64,000 nucleotides of DNA. Source: a bacterium. GTDB lineage: Bacteria > SAR324 > NAC60-12. Shown in pieces: positions 39,130-47,980 of this stretch. The number at the start of each line of letters is the position of its first letter. The stretch's first letter is position 1. Under the pieces are notes generated by a model that had not been told where the DNA came from, did no database searches, and worked only from the letters and a program-made list of their open reading frames with translations. The stretch is from NCBI GenBank assembly GCA_965205865.1, contig CBDBHR010000030.1, positions 896,001 to 960,000 of the forward strand, in the 5' to 3' direction. The translations under genes were made by a program, and so were the position numbers.

Positions 39130-41095
39130 GTAACTATTTAGGTCTCTGAAAAACCCGTTTATTAAATATCGTTAAAAAAGATTCCCGGAGAGGATCGATC
39201 GTTTTCAAGTCCTCCCACGATATTGTTCAATCGATCGGAAACCCTCTTCTTTCATAAACACAACTTAACGAAGACGTGATTATAACACAATAAAATGTAA
39301 TGTCAACCCCCCAAGGCAAAATAAATGCGGGATTCAAAAAAAAAGTAACTATACTCTGAACGGGTTTAAATTTCACTTTTCAAAATTCCTGTTATTCCGA
39401 GCTAAAGGGGCTGCCTAAGCAAGAATCTCATGGGAATCAAGAAGATCCTTCGGTTCCCTCAGGATGACAAAAAAATGAAGAAATCATATGTTCACAGTAT
39501 ATTTAGGTCCTTTATGGGGACCTTAATTATAAAGGAGTTGCCAGAGGATGCAAAGCCTGAGTGAGCAAATCGAGGATGGATTTTCCCTGTTTTCTGGTAG
39601 TGGAAATGGCTCCCCGGATGATACAAAAAGCCTGAGATCCTTCAGCCGTTCGAAAGCCGCCGGAGATTTTTTGTTTCAGTTTAACCATGCGCACATCTCG
39701 CTCGGCTTGGTTGTTGTCAAAAGGAACCCGGAAGTCATCCATGAATAACAAGTTTTCCTTTTCATAGAGGATCAAGCGATCGAGTAAATTTTTGGCTTTG
39801 CTCTGTTTGGGGCGTCCTCGTTTCTTTGTTTGAGGAGGGGGAGGATAGAGCTCAAGGGCTTCTTGGGTGATATCACGATAGCGTTGCCGGAAGTGATCTA
39901 GTTGGACTGGACTCAAAGCAGATTGTTCTTTGAACTTGGCTTGGTCTACTTGCTTTTTGATCTCTACCAGTAAGTCGCTCATCTCCTGAGCCCACAAGGC
40001 CTTTTCTTGTTGATAGGCCCGAGAGAGTTCACGTAAATGATGCGCATTGCAAAAGCCATGATCACACTCATAATGCTGGTAGCTCTCCCAGTGATCATGA
40101 ATGGCTGTCTTTTCAAACTGAGGCAGGATACCGGCGGCATCCATTCCGGCTTGACCCCGTTTGTCGTGGATAAAATAAAAGGTCAGCTCTTCGGTAGAGG
40201 CTGAATGAAGCCAGCGACGTTGTTTGTTTTCAAACAGAGAGGTTTCATCAAAATGAACCACCTCCGATTGAATCAGAGCTTCAGCCACTTGTTGTTGGAA
40301 GGGATAAAGCCTATGGGCGGCTTGCTGGAGGCTAGCATAAATCGTGGCCGCATTGAGCGGCTGGCCGAACAGATCCTCAAAAAATTGCTGGCATCGATCA
40401 AAGGGCAGAAACTGATATTGATTGAGATAAACCGCTAAGCCTTTGATCCGGGGACCATATTGAGTGGGTGCCTTTATCCCTGCTGGAAAGCTCGAGTGAT
40501 TCAGATGCCGGCAGCAGGGACAAATTTTTTGTTCCACCTGGTGCTCGGTGACCTCTAATTGGAGCGGGGGAAGATCAAACACTTGGCGTTTATGCCTCGC
40601 CTCAACCACAACCTGGGATAAATCTTCTCCACAGGTTTCACAGGTGCTGGGAGAATGGGACTCCACCTGATCCGGTGATTCACTGAAAGCCAAATGATGG
40701 CCTCTATGACCGGGTTGACCTCCGCGAGAGCGACCCCTGCTTTTACGTAAGCTTTTGTTCTTTCGACTTTGATCGGTGGAAGGAGGTTTACTTGAGTTTT
40801 GGCTGTTGAGAGCCAACTGATCCCGAAGTTGCTTATTTTCTGTTTCGAGAGCTTCAATACGCTTATTTTCTATTTCGAGACGTTCGAGGAGTTTTAATCG
40901 CTCTTTCTTCCATTGATCCCGTTCTTCTTCAAAGAGTTGACAGGCTTCTTGAAGAGCCTCAAGGAGGGAAGTCGATGAAATGGAATTAATATATTTTTTT
41001 TGAAATTTCGAGAGCATAAAATCCTTCCTGAATTTTATGCTATGCAAATTCCGTGCTTAAATCGAAGGGGTCTCTAAAGAAACCTAAATAGTTAC
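39130..41095 (-). mobile_element. IS66-family element (single-ORF, ISBst12-like)
   Basis: Terminal IRs GTAACTATTTAGGT / ACCTAAATAGTTAC; 8-bp TSD AAATTGAG at 39122-39129 and 41096-41103. Confidence 0.92.
39527..41047 (-). CDS. IS66 transposase
   Basis: NSQNSSKPPSTD, GGQPGH.G, zinc finger, HFDET, CNAHHLREL, FDNNQAERDVR. Confidence 0.93.
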   Translation of the reverse strand: MHSIKFRKDFMLSKFQKKYINSISSTSLLEALQEACQLFEEERDQWKKERLKLLERLEIENKRIEALETENKQLRDQLALNSQNSSKPPSTDQSRKNKSLRKSRGRSRGGQPGHRGHHLAFSESPDQVESHSPSTCETCGEDLSQVVVEARHKRQVFDLPPLQLEVTEHQVEQKICPCCRHLNHSSFPAGIKAPTQYGPRIKGLAVYLNQYQFLPFDRCQQFFEDLFGQPLNAATIYASLQQAAHRLYPFQQQVAEALIQSEVVHFDETSLFENKQRRWLHSASTEELTFYFIHDKRGQAGMDAAGILPQFEKTAIHDHWESYQHYECDHGFCNAHHLRELSRAYQQEKALWAQEMSDLLVEIKKQVDQAKFKEQSALSPVQLDHFRQRYRDITQEALELYPPPPQTKKRGRPKQSKAKNLLDRLILYEKENLLFMDDFRVPFDNNQAERDVRMVKLKQKISGGFRTAEGSQAFCIIRGAISTTRKQGKSILDLLTQALHPLATPL

Positions 41096-41109
41096 AAATT
41101 GAGAAATGA

Positions 41110-41157
41110 ATGACAAAAAGAGAACTGGAAAAACTATTAAAGGAGGCTGGATTCGTC
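41110..41157 (+). pseudogene. hicA: Truncated second hicA copy
   Basis: MTKRELEKLLKEAGFV, matching 32548, then breaks off. Confidence 0.65.
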
Positions 41158-41620
41158 CGTTCACCCTCTGCCCCCAAACCAATCGCTTCCAAATGCTGCT
41201 TTGGCACCAAGCAGTCAAGCTCGCCAGTATCGACTAAGAACAATCCTTCCCAAGTCCTGTCCGGATCCGCAGGATTGCGAAAGGTTGCGGTTACATGAGT
41301 CAATCCCATTAAACATACCTTTCTAACTCGAAGAGCGATCTACATAATTTTCAACTTTCTCACTGAGCATCCTGAGAGTCCAACGCTCATGACCTTCCGG
41401 ACTTTCATAACAGGCAGAGGTATCGAATTCTTATCCGGACTCACTGCCGTCGAACCGTGCTTTTCGTTCCCACGGCCTTCAGCAGAACGGCCGGCAACTT
41501 CTTCAGTTCTTCGTTGCGCGGGTTCACCTCGAATCCGCCGGATTCCAAAGCGGTAACGCCGAGCAATGGCTCCGCCCCTTCATCCCCGTACGCGACAGTC
41601 CCGCCAACGATTTCTCTCTA
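41158..41620 (-). pseudogene. Fragments of clan AA aspartic protease genes
   Basis: N-terminal piece MGLTHV...FLVDTG at 41309-41158; C-terminal piece AEPLLGVTALES.GFEVNPRNEELKKLP at ~41620-41480. Confidence 0.7.
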
Positions 41621-41914
41621 AATTCAGGCAATCGCCGAATTCACCGACATTGCCTGAACTTTCCTTGATGCCAATGATGTTCGCTTGTCGTGAGAGTGCT
41701 TCGACATTTCCCTGTCCGGATTGATGAACAAATCCTGTCTGCTACTCTACCCTTTGGTTGTCAGACGACCGATTTTCGTACGAGATTGAGAGGTTGCGCT
41801 TTTTCGGCAATTGGAAGCGCTACAAGACTGTTTGTCCGGGAGATTGGAATGAAATAAGGAAGGAGAGGGTTCCCGCTTGATCGATTGAACAATACCCTGG
41901 GAGGAAGTGAAGTG

Positions 41915-41986
41915 ATGGATCCTCCCCGGGAATCTTTTTTCACCGATATTGAAATAAACGGGTTTTTCAGAAACCTGAATAGTTAC
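41915..41986. mobile_element. Orphan IS66 end
   Basis: Diverged reverse complement of 39130-39200, ending ACCTGAATAGTTAC. Confidence 0.7.
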
Positions 41987-42054
41987 GTTCAAATTATGAT
42001 AAACTTCATTACTATCACAACCCTCGGAGACTGTCTGTTTTACATAGTAACTAT

Positions 42055-42248
42055 CTGGACTTTGGACATTCGATTTGTTCTTTTAATTTTTATTATACAA
42101 TAATATCAGTTGGTTGAAATTCTGTAAAAAATTAATACAGGTTGCTGTTTTCCGTTTTTGATGATACGACCTGTATTAATTCCAATACAGATTCGTAAGA
42201 CATTGATTTTATTAAACCCAAAAGTTGGATAAAATGTTCAAAGTCGAG
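42055..42248. mobile_element. MITE
   Basis: IRs CTGGACTTTGGACATT / AATGTTCAAAGTCGAG (14 of 16 complementary); flanking direct repeat TAACTAT. Confidence 0.7.
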
Positions 42249-42306
42249 TAACTATGTGGATGGCGAAAATAAGTTTAAAGCTATTCACATCCGACAATAT
42301 GCGCAT

Positions 42307-42383
42307 GTGTCGTTCCGGGCTCGACCCGGAATCCGGGTGGCTTTTAGTGAACCCTGGATGCCGGATCAAGTCCGGCATGACAC
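42307..42383. repeat. REP-like double palindrome
   Basis: GTGTCGTTCCGGGCTCGACCCGGAATCC ... GGATGCCGGATCAAGTCCGGCATGACAC. Confidence 0.75.
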
Positions 42384-42677
42384 TGAAGCTGTAAACAAAT
42401 TTTTGCCACAGTCTACTAGCGAATAATTTATAATAATTTTAGTTAGTTACAAAAAAGAATACGATGCGGAATATAACAGGGTTTTGAAGGGGCCTGCTAT
42501 CCCCATCAATATGGGTACTATTCCCCCTTTACCTACACCTGGATAGACAAAGAATAAGTTCAAAAAGGACCGAGAGTCTGAAGGCAGTGCTGCCGTCTGA
42601 GGCGGTGGCACGGCCGATTTTATGAATGTTTGTTCGTGTACAGCTGTACACACTCATGCTTTAACAGGATTAAAACA

Positions 42678-44000
42678 ATGAATACGCATCAAACTCCCCC
42701 AGAATTCCTGCCTGAGAATGTACAGGCGAACAGCCCCGAAGACGAACAGCTTTATACCCACCTGCTCAAGGCAAATGAACCGCGCCAAAGTTTTGCCGGG
42801 CAAGGCTTTGTTTTTACGCCCAGCACCTCTGGCAATGAGAACGGCGTGGACCTGAATGACGACTCGCTGTATTACAACACGCAAGGGAGCGCCAAGGAGT
42901 ACTGGGCCGCTCACGGGCCACTTCCTGCTCCGACTAAAGATCTGCGTCAGCTTCGCAACGACTTCCGCGAGTTTGGTTATTGTTTGATTGAAGAGGCCCT
43001 CAGCAAAGAGCAGTTGAGCACCATACGCACCAGGGTAGTGGAGCAGGCGGCAGGAGAATGCCTGGCCGGGGTCGGGTTCCATTATGCAGGGGGGGCCGGG
43101 ACCGGAAAGACGACACATGCTACGCAGTTTGTTACCTGCCTGGTCAACAAAGGCGACTGCTTCCGGGGATTCATGGAGCACGACCCTGCAGTGGTTCAGG
43201 CCGGCCCTTTGATTGAGCAACTGCTCAACGAGACGGTTGGGCATGACTTCATCATTACATCATTTATCTCCATCATCGCTTCTCGAGGCGGGCACCCGCA
43301 ATCGTTGCACCAAGACAGCGGCCAACTGCAAACCGAAGCCCCGCTGCTGTGCAACCACCTTGTGTTTTTGGACGACGTGAACTATTTCAACGGAGGCACC
43401 ATGATTGTACCCCGCAGCCACAAAATTCTATATCAAAGTGGCAATCACAGGCCCGTTAAGCAACTCCCACCGGCCATCAGTCTCGAGGCCAGGGCCGGGA
43501 CCATCATGATGATGGACGGTCACACCCTTCATGGAACCGGCATCAACCAAACTGAAAAACCGCGGCACGTCCTGGTCATGGCCTGCATGAAACCATGGAT
43601 GAGGACCCAGGAAATCTTTCCATTCAGTCTGGACCCCGAAGTGTTGGCCAACGCCTCCTTAAAGCTGTTACAACGACTTTGTTTCGTGGGTAATGGTATC
43701 GGTGGGATTGAAGGCCATGGTCAGGAGCCAGGGGTTCTTCGTGGTATGCGGCAGGCCATGGATGCGGGAAACTACGTGCGTATCGGCGAACTCAGCCCTT
43801 CCTCCGGCAAAGAAGAACTCACCCGAGATTATACGTGGCGGTCAACGACGACGGGGTGGAGAGCCGCGCTGAATCAGCCGGAAAGGCGATATCCCGCGGA
43901 AAAGCTCTGGGAAAGCAATGACCCGCTGGAACAGACTCCGGTGGATGAGCGACACAAGGTCTTACAGGAGGCAACACAAAGCAAGATGGAAAGTCATTGA
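42678..44000 (+). CDS. Phytanoyl-CoA dioxygenase family (Fe/2-oxoglutarate) protein
   Basis: FGYCLIEEAL, LHQD, GGTMIVPRSH, LHGTG..N...R. Confidence 0.85.
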   Translation: MNTHQTPPEFLPENVQANSPEDEQLYTHLLKANEPRQSFAGQGFVFTPSTSGNENGVDLNDDSLYYNTQGSAKEYWAAHGPLPAPTKDLRQLRNDFREFGYCLIEEALSKEQLSTIRTRVVEQAAGECLAGVGFHYAGGAGTGKTTHATQFVTCLVNKGDCFRGFMEHDPAVVQAGPLIEQLLNETVGHDFIITSFISIIASRGGHPQSLHQDSGQLQTEAPLLCNHLVFLDDVNYFNGGTMIVPRSHKILYQSGNHRPVKQLPPAISLEARAGTIMMMDGHTLHGTGINQTEKPRHVLVMACMKPWMRTQEIFPFSLDPEVLANASLKLLQRLCFVGNGIGGIEGHGQEPGVLRGMRQAMDAGNYVRIGELSPSSGKEELTRDYTWRSTTTGWRAALNQPERRYPAEKLWESNDPLEQTPVDERHKVLQEATQSKMESH

Positions 44001-44344
44001 AAAACTCTAATATTGAAATTCTAACAATGCTATCTTTAGATTAAACGAATGGAAAAGGGAGGGTAACCCCCCCCCCAATACATTACCGCGGAGATCATCG
44101 ACCTGCATGGAGGCTACGGGGCCAAGGTATGATCTCGCTATTCCTAGACGGAGGTTTTATGGGAAAAGTTCAACAAAACCCGATACCCAAACAAGAGATA
44201 CCGACCGAATTCCTCATTGCCCACGCGCGGACTGCCATACGTGTAGCAGGCGGCTAGCGAATCACGTTCCAATTCTTCGCATGCGACTACTGCAAGAGCG
44301 CCACCTTCCTCTTTTTATTCAGAATTGCTCAACTCGAATAAGAG

Positions 44345-44656
44345 TTAAAGCAGGGACGCCAGGCTCGGTAATTTTTGAGCAATATTGACTGCTGTTTTTC
44401 CGAGAGCTTTCACTTGTTTCACCAAGGCGGCCTGGTCGAGATTTTGTTGCGTCGCTTCCTGCACGAGCGCAATCATGCGTTCATACTCTTTCTGGTCAGT
44501 GACACCGGGCGTAATAGCGTCGATTGCTTCGGGAGACAGGGCGCGCAATTCTTTGTAAGTCTGCGCATGAGATCCTTGCAGCGTCGCTTCAGCGCGGTCC
44601 GCAGCACGTTCCATCTCCGCAAACATGGATTTTAAATCTATTGAGGGCATTGTCAC
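44345..44656 (-). CDS. Hypothetical helical protein
   Basis: 103-aa ORF with AAGGAG RBS; no recognised motif. Confidence 0.65.
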   Translation of the reverse strand: MTMPSIDLKSMFAEMERAADRAEATLQGSHAQTYKELRALSPEAIDAITPGVTDQKEYERMIALVQEATQQNLDQAALVKQVKALGKTAVNIAQKLPSLASLL

Positions 44657-44702
44657 CTACTCCTTGATATTTTGTTCCAATTCAGAATTTCAAATCGTAA
44701 TT

Positions 44703-45536
44703 TCAGTGAAGCAATTCAGCTTTTAGCGCCTCGATTTTTTCATCGATTTCCTTCACTTTTTCCGCGGCGTCTTGCAAAGTCGTATTGATCTCACGTCCCT
44801 TGGCGACGAATTCGGCTATCCGGTTTGATATGTTGGCGGTCGTCACTATGATTTTTTCACGCACATTCTCGAGCCCGACTTGCGCGAGAATTTCGTTCTG
44901 CGTATCACGAACATTTCGCACAGACGCCAAATGCCCGACAACGACAGCATGCGCTGCCTGTATCTGGTGATGCGCCGCGTCGATTTCGGCAATTACGCGA
45001 CGTTGCTGTTCCGCAACCGGCGTAAGAATCTCTTTCCTTTTCTTTTCAATGCGCTCCGTTGCGACCTGTACGAATTGTGTCATCACGGGTAGAAGTGAAT
45101 CAGGATCGGATTTGATGATTTTGCGTATTTTCGAGGCGAGTTTGAATTCTTTTGCGAAGGCCTTTATAAATTCTCGCCGGTAAGTCTCGTCGATAAAGTG
45201 ATTGATGTCTGTTTCAATCTTAGCGAAATGTAACTGCGCCAACTCCCTGTGAGCCCTGTGAACCTCTTCGAGGTCCCTACCGACGGTGTTCGACAACTCG
45301 AGCATCTCTCGCGTTGAGGTGTCACATGCCGTAAATGCGACAGCGACGACAATGCATACCAAATACAACAACACTTCAAAGTCGATGCTATTTTTCTGAT
45401 CAATCAACATTCGAGAACACCCAAATTCCTTGCTTCGCTTTTTCAGTAAAATTTCAGCTTTCACCAAGTACGTCATGCTGACCTCGATTCGTCTCAGTTC
45501 CAACATCATTTTATTCTTTGTACTTAAAAAACTCAC
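44703..45536 (-). CDS. Hypothetical coiled-coil lipoprotein (start uncertain)
   Basis: Hydrophobic stretch with lipobox-like FTA-C, then amphipathic helices. Confidence 0.6.
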   Translation of the reverse strand: MSFLSTKNKMMLELRRIEVSMTYLVKAEILLKKRSKEFGCSRMLIDQKNSIDFEVLLYLVCIVVAVAFTACDTSTREMLELSNTVGRDLEEVHRAHRELAQLHFAKIETDINHFIDETYRREFIKAFAKEFKLASKIRKIIKSDPDSLLPVMTQFVQVATERIEKKRKEILTPVAEQQRRVIAEIDAAHHQIQAAHAVVVGHLASVRNVRDTQNEILAQVGLENVREKIIVTTANISNRIAEFVAKGREINTTLQDAAEKVKEIDEKIEALKAELLH

Positions 45537-45751
45537 GCCTGAATCCTGTAATCAGATGACAATCAAACATGAAATGGTAATATACTCAAATAGTTAACAC
45601 AGGAATCAACATTTTGAAAGATCACATTTTCATGAAGAACAAAGGTAGCACAAGATCGGCAAGAACATCAGTAAAAAATATCAATATCAGCCAGGGAGGC
45701 AGAGACCTCCCCTAGCCCCAAATACGCAATTATTTTACCCAACAGCTTCTT

Positions 45752-46441
45752 GTGGAACACCAGCCTATGAGCCCTTTGCAGGATTCTTTTTATGACCGGG
45801 ATGCGCGAGTCGTTGCCCGTGAATTGCTGGGGAAGGTTATCCGGCACCACTGCCAGGGTATCTGGTTGTCTGCCATGATTGTAGAAACAGAAGCATATTA
45901 TCAGAGAGAAAGAGGCAGTCATGCGTCATTGGGATTCACTGAAAAACGCAAAGCCCTTTTTATGGCGCCAGGTACCATCTACATGTACTATGCCCGTGGT
46001 GGAGATTCGTTGAACGTGAGCTGTCGAGGAGCCGGAAATGCCGTATTGATCAAGGCATGTTCTCTCTATTGTGATAAAAAGACGCCGCCTCAAATGATCC
46101 ACGTGATGCAGCAGCGCAATCCCCCCAATAATAGTCTGCGACCTCGAGCCCTCCATCGTATCTGTTCCGGACAAACTCTGCTCTGTCGATCGTTGGGGCT
46201 GAAGGTCCCTGAATGGGATCAAAAACCTTTCGACCCCACCTGTTTTCTGGTGGATGACGTCGGATATCGTCCTCAAAAACTTATTCAATCCCGCCGTTTG
46301 GGAATTCCCAAAGGACGTGATGAGCATTTGCTTTACCGATGGATCGATTTCGATAAAGCCGCTTCTGCCACGAGCAACCCCTTACGCAAACGAAGCTACC
46401 AAGAAGGGAGAGACTACAAAATTGTGAGGGTCGCCTATTGA
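45752..46441 (+). CDS. DNA-3-methyladenine glycosylase (MPG/AAG family)
   Basis: VARELLGK, IVETEAY, PGTIYMY, AVLIKA, RLGI. Confidence 0.88.
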   Translation: MEHQPMSPLQDSFYDRDARVVARELLGKVIRHHCQGIWLSAMIVETEAYYQRERGSHASLGFTEKRKALFMAPGTIYMYYARGGDSLNVSCRGAGNAVLIKACSLYCDKKTPPQMIHVMQQRNPPNNSLRPRALHRICSGQTLLCRSLGLKVPEWDQKPFDPTCFLVDDVGYRPQKLIQSRRLGIPKGRDEHLLYRWIDFDKAASATSNPLRKRSYQEGRDYKIVRVAY

Positions 46442-46541
46442 GGAGATGTATGTTTTTGACATACTTAAGGAGGCGTTGGAATGCTCCCACAACTTGATCC
46501 GCAACCCCTTACCCCTTCATGCGAATTTGCTGAGATGCCGC

Positions 46542-46820
46542 TTAAAATCCCCCTGCAATGGAAGGAACGATTTGGATGTTGTCTCCCGATTCGATTTTGG
46601 TATCCAAATTTTCCGCATAGCGAATGTCTTCATCATTGAGATACACATTGATGAAACTGCGCACTTTTCCATTTTCTTCATATAGATGCTGTTTCAGCTC
46701 CTGATATTGTTCACACAACCCCTGAAATGCTTCGCCCACTGTGGCGCCTTCCACGAGAATCTCGTTCTGATTGTTCGCATATTTTTGCAATGCAGAGGGA
46801 ATTTCGATGATTGCAGACAT
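46542..46820 (-). CDS. MoaD/ThiS/CysO-like sulfur carrier
   Basis: FINVYLNDEDIRY...IVPSIAGGF*. Confidence 0.9.
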   Translation of the reverse strand: MSAIIEIPSALQKYANNQNEILVEGATVGEAFQGLCEQYQELKQHLYEENGKVRSFINVYLNDEDIRYAENLDTKIESGDNIQIVPSIAGGF

Positions 46821-46857
46821 AAACCTCCTTGAGTGAATCAGTTAACAATACTTCTGG

Positions 46858-47769
46858 TTAGTCATCCCAAAAGCGTTCTTCAAGATATTTGTCCCCATTG
46901 TCGGGAATAATCGTGACCACTATGTCTTCGGGATGCTCCTCCGCGACCTGCAGTGCGGCTACCACGGCCGCTCCGCCGGAAATTCCAATCAGGATTCCTT
47001 CCTGCAATGCCAGCGCTTTTAGCATTTGGTAGGCATCCTCGGTTCGGCATACCATTTTTCGGTCTGCAAAGTGGGGGTCATAAAATTCGGGAACAATGGC
47101 CGTTTCCATGTGCTTTAAACCTTCCAACCCGTGAAACGGCGAATCGGGTTGCACTTCAATCGCCCGGATCCGGGAATTGATTGATTTCAAATATCGTCCC
47201 ACACCCATAAATGTCCCGGACGTACCCAAGGTGGCGACAAAATGGCTGACCCGGCTCCGGGTTTGCTTATAAATTTCAGGGCCGGTCGTCTCAAAATGCG
47301 CTTTCCAGTTATTTTCATTGCTGTATTGATCGGGATAGTAATAGTGTTCCGGATGATCGGCATAGAGTTGTCGAACCGTTTCGATGGCGCCATCCGATCC
47401 TCTCAATGGATCGCTAAAAACGAGTTCCGCTCCATAAACCCGCAAGATGCGGATTCGAGAGGCGGTGACGTTGCCGGGAATACACAATTTGACTTTGTAG
47501 CCCAGCAATGCGCCAATCATGGCATATGCAATCCCCGTGTTCCCGGACGTTGCGTCGAGAATGATCTTTTCCGCAGTCAATTCTCCCGAATCGATGGCAC
47601 TCTTCACCATATGAAAGGCAGCACGGTCTTTCACGGAACGCCCCGGATTGTACCACTCTGCTTTGGCGTACAAATTTCCCCGGGGGCAGATTTTTGCCAA
47701 ATGCAAAAGAGGCGTATTCCCGATTGATTTTAGATAATTGACACCAATGCCATTGTTGTTTAAAGTCAT
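46858..47769 (-). CDS. cysM: PLP-dependent cysteine synthase (CysM-like)
   Basis: IGNTPL, NPGRSVKDR, ATSGNTG, GTSGT. Confidence 0.85.
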   Translation of the reverse strand: MTLNNNGIGVNYLKSIGNTPLLHLAKICPRGNLYAKAEWYNPGRSVKDRAAFHMVKSAIDSGELTAEKIILDATSGNTGIAYAMIGALLGYKVKLCIPGNVTASRIRILRVYGAELVFSDPLRGSDGAIETVRQLYADHPEHYYYPDQYSNENNWKAHFETTGPEIYKQTRSRVSHFVATLGTSGTFMGVGRYLKSINSRIRAIEVQPDSPFHGLEGLKHMETAIVPEFYDPHFADRKMVCRTEDAYQMLKALALQEGILIGISGGAAVVAALQVAEEHPEDIVVTIIPDNGDKYLEERFWDD

Positions 47770-47980
47770 TTCAGAAATAATTTACCCGGAAAGCGGAGAT
47801 TGACACATCATAGTTGGAGCTGACTTCTTTTATTTCAAGGGACTATCTACTGCCGCCTTTGCGGTATTCGGGATATTCGAATTCTGGCTCAAAAAGCAGA
47901 TCATATTGAAGCAAAATTGATTTTATTGCAATAATGATTGAATTTTATTTTATTTAAAATCGTCAACAACGAAGAAGGCT

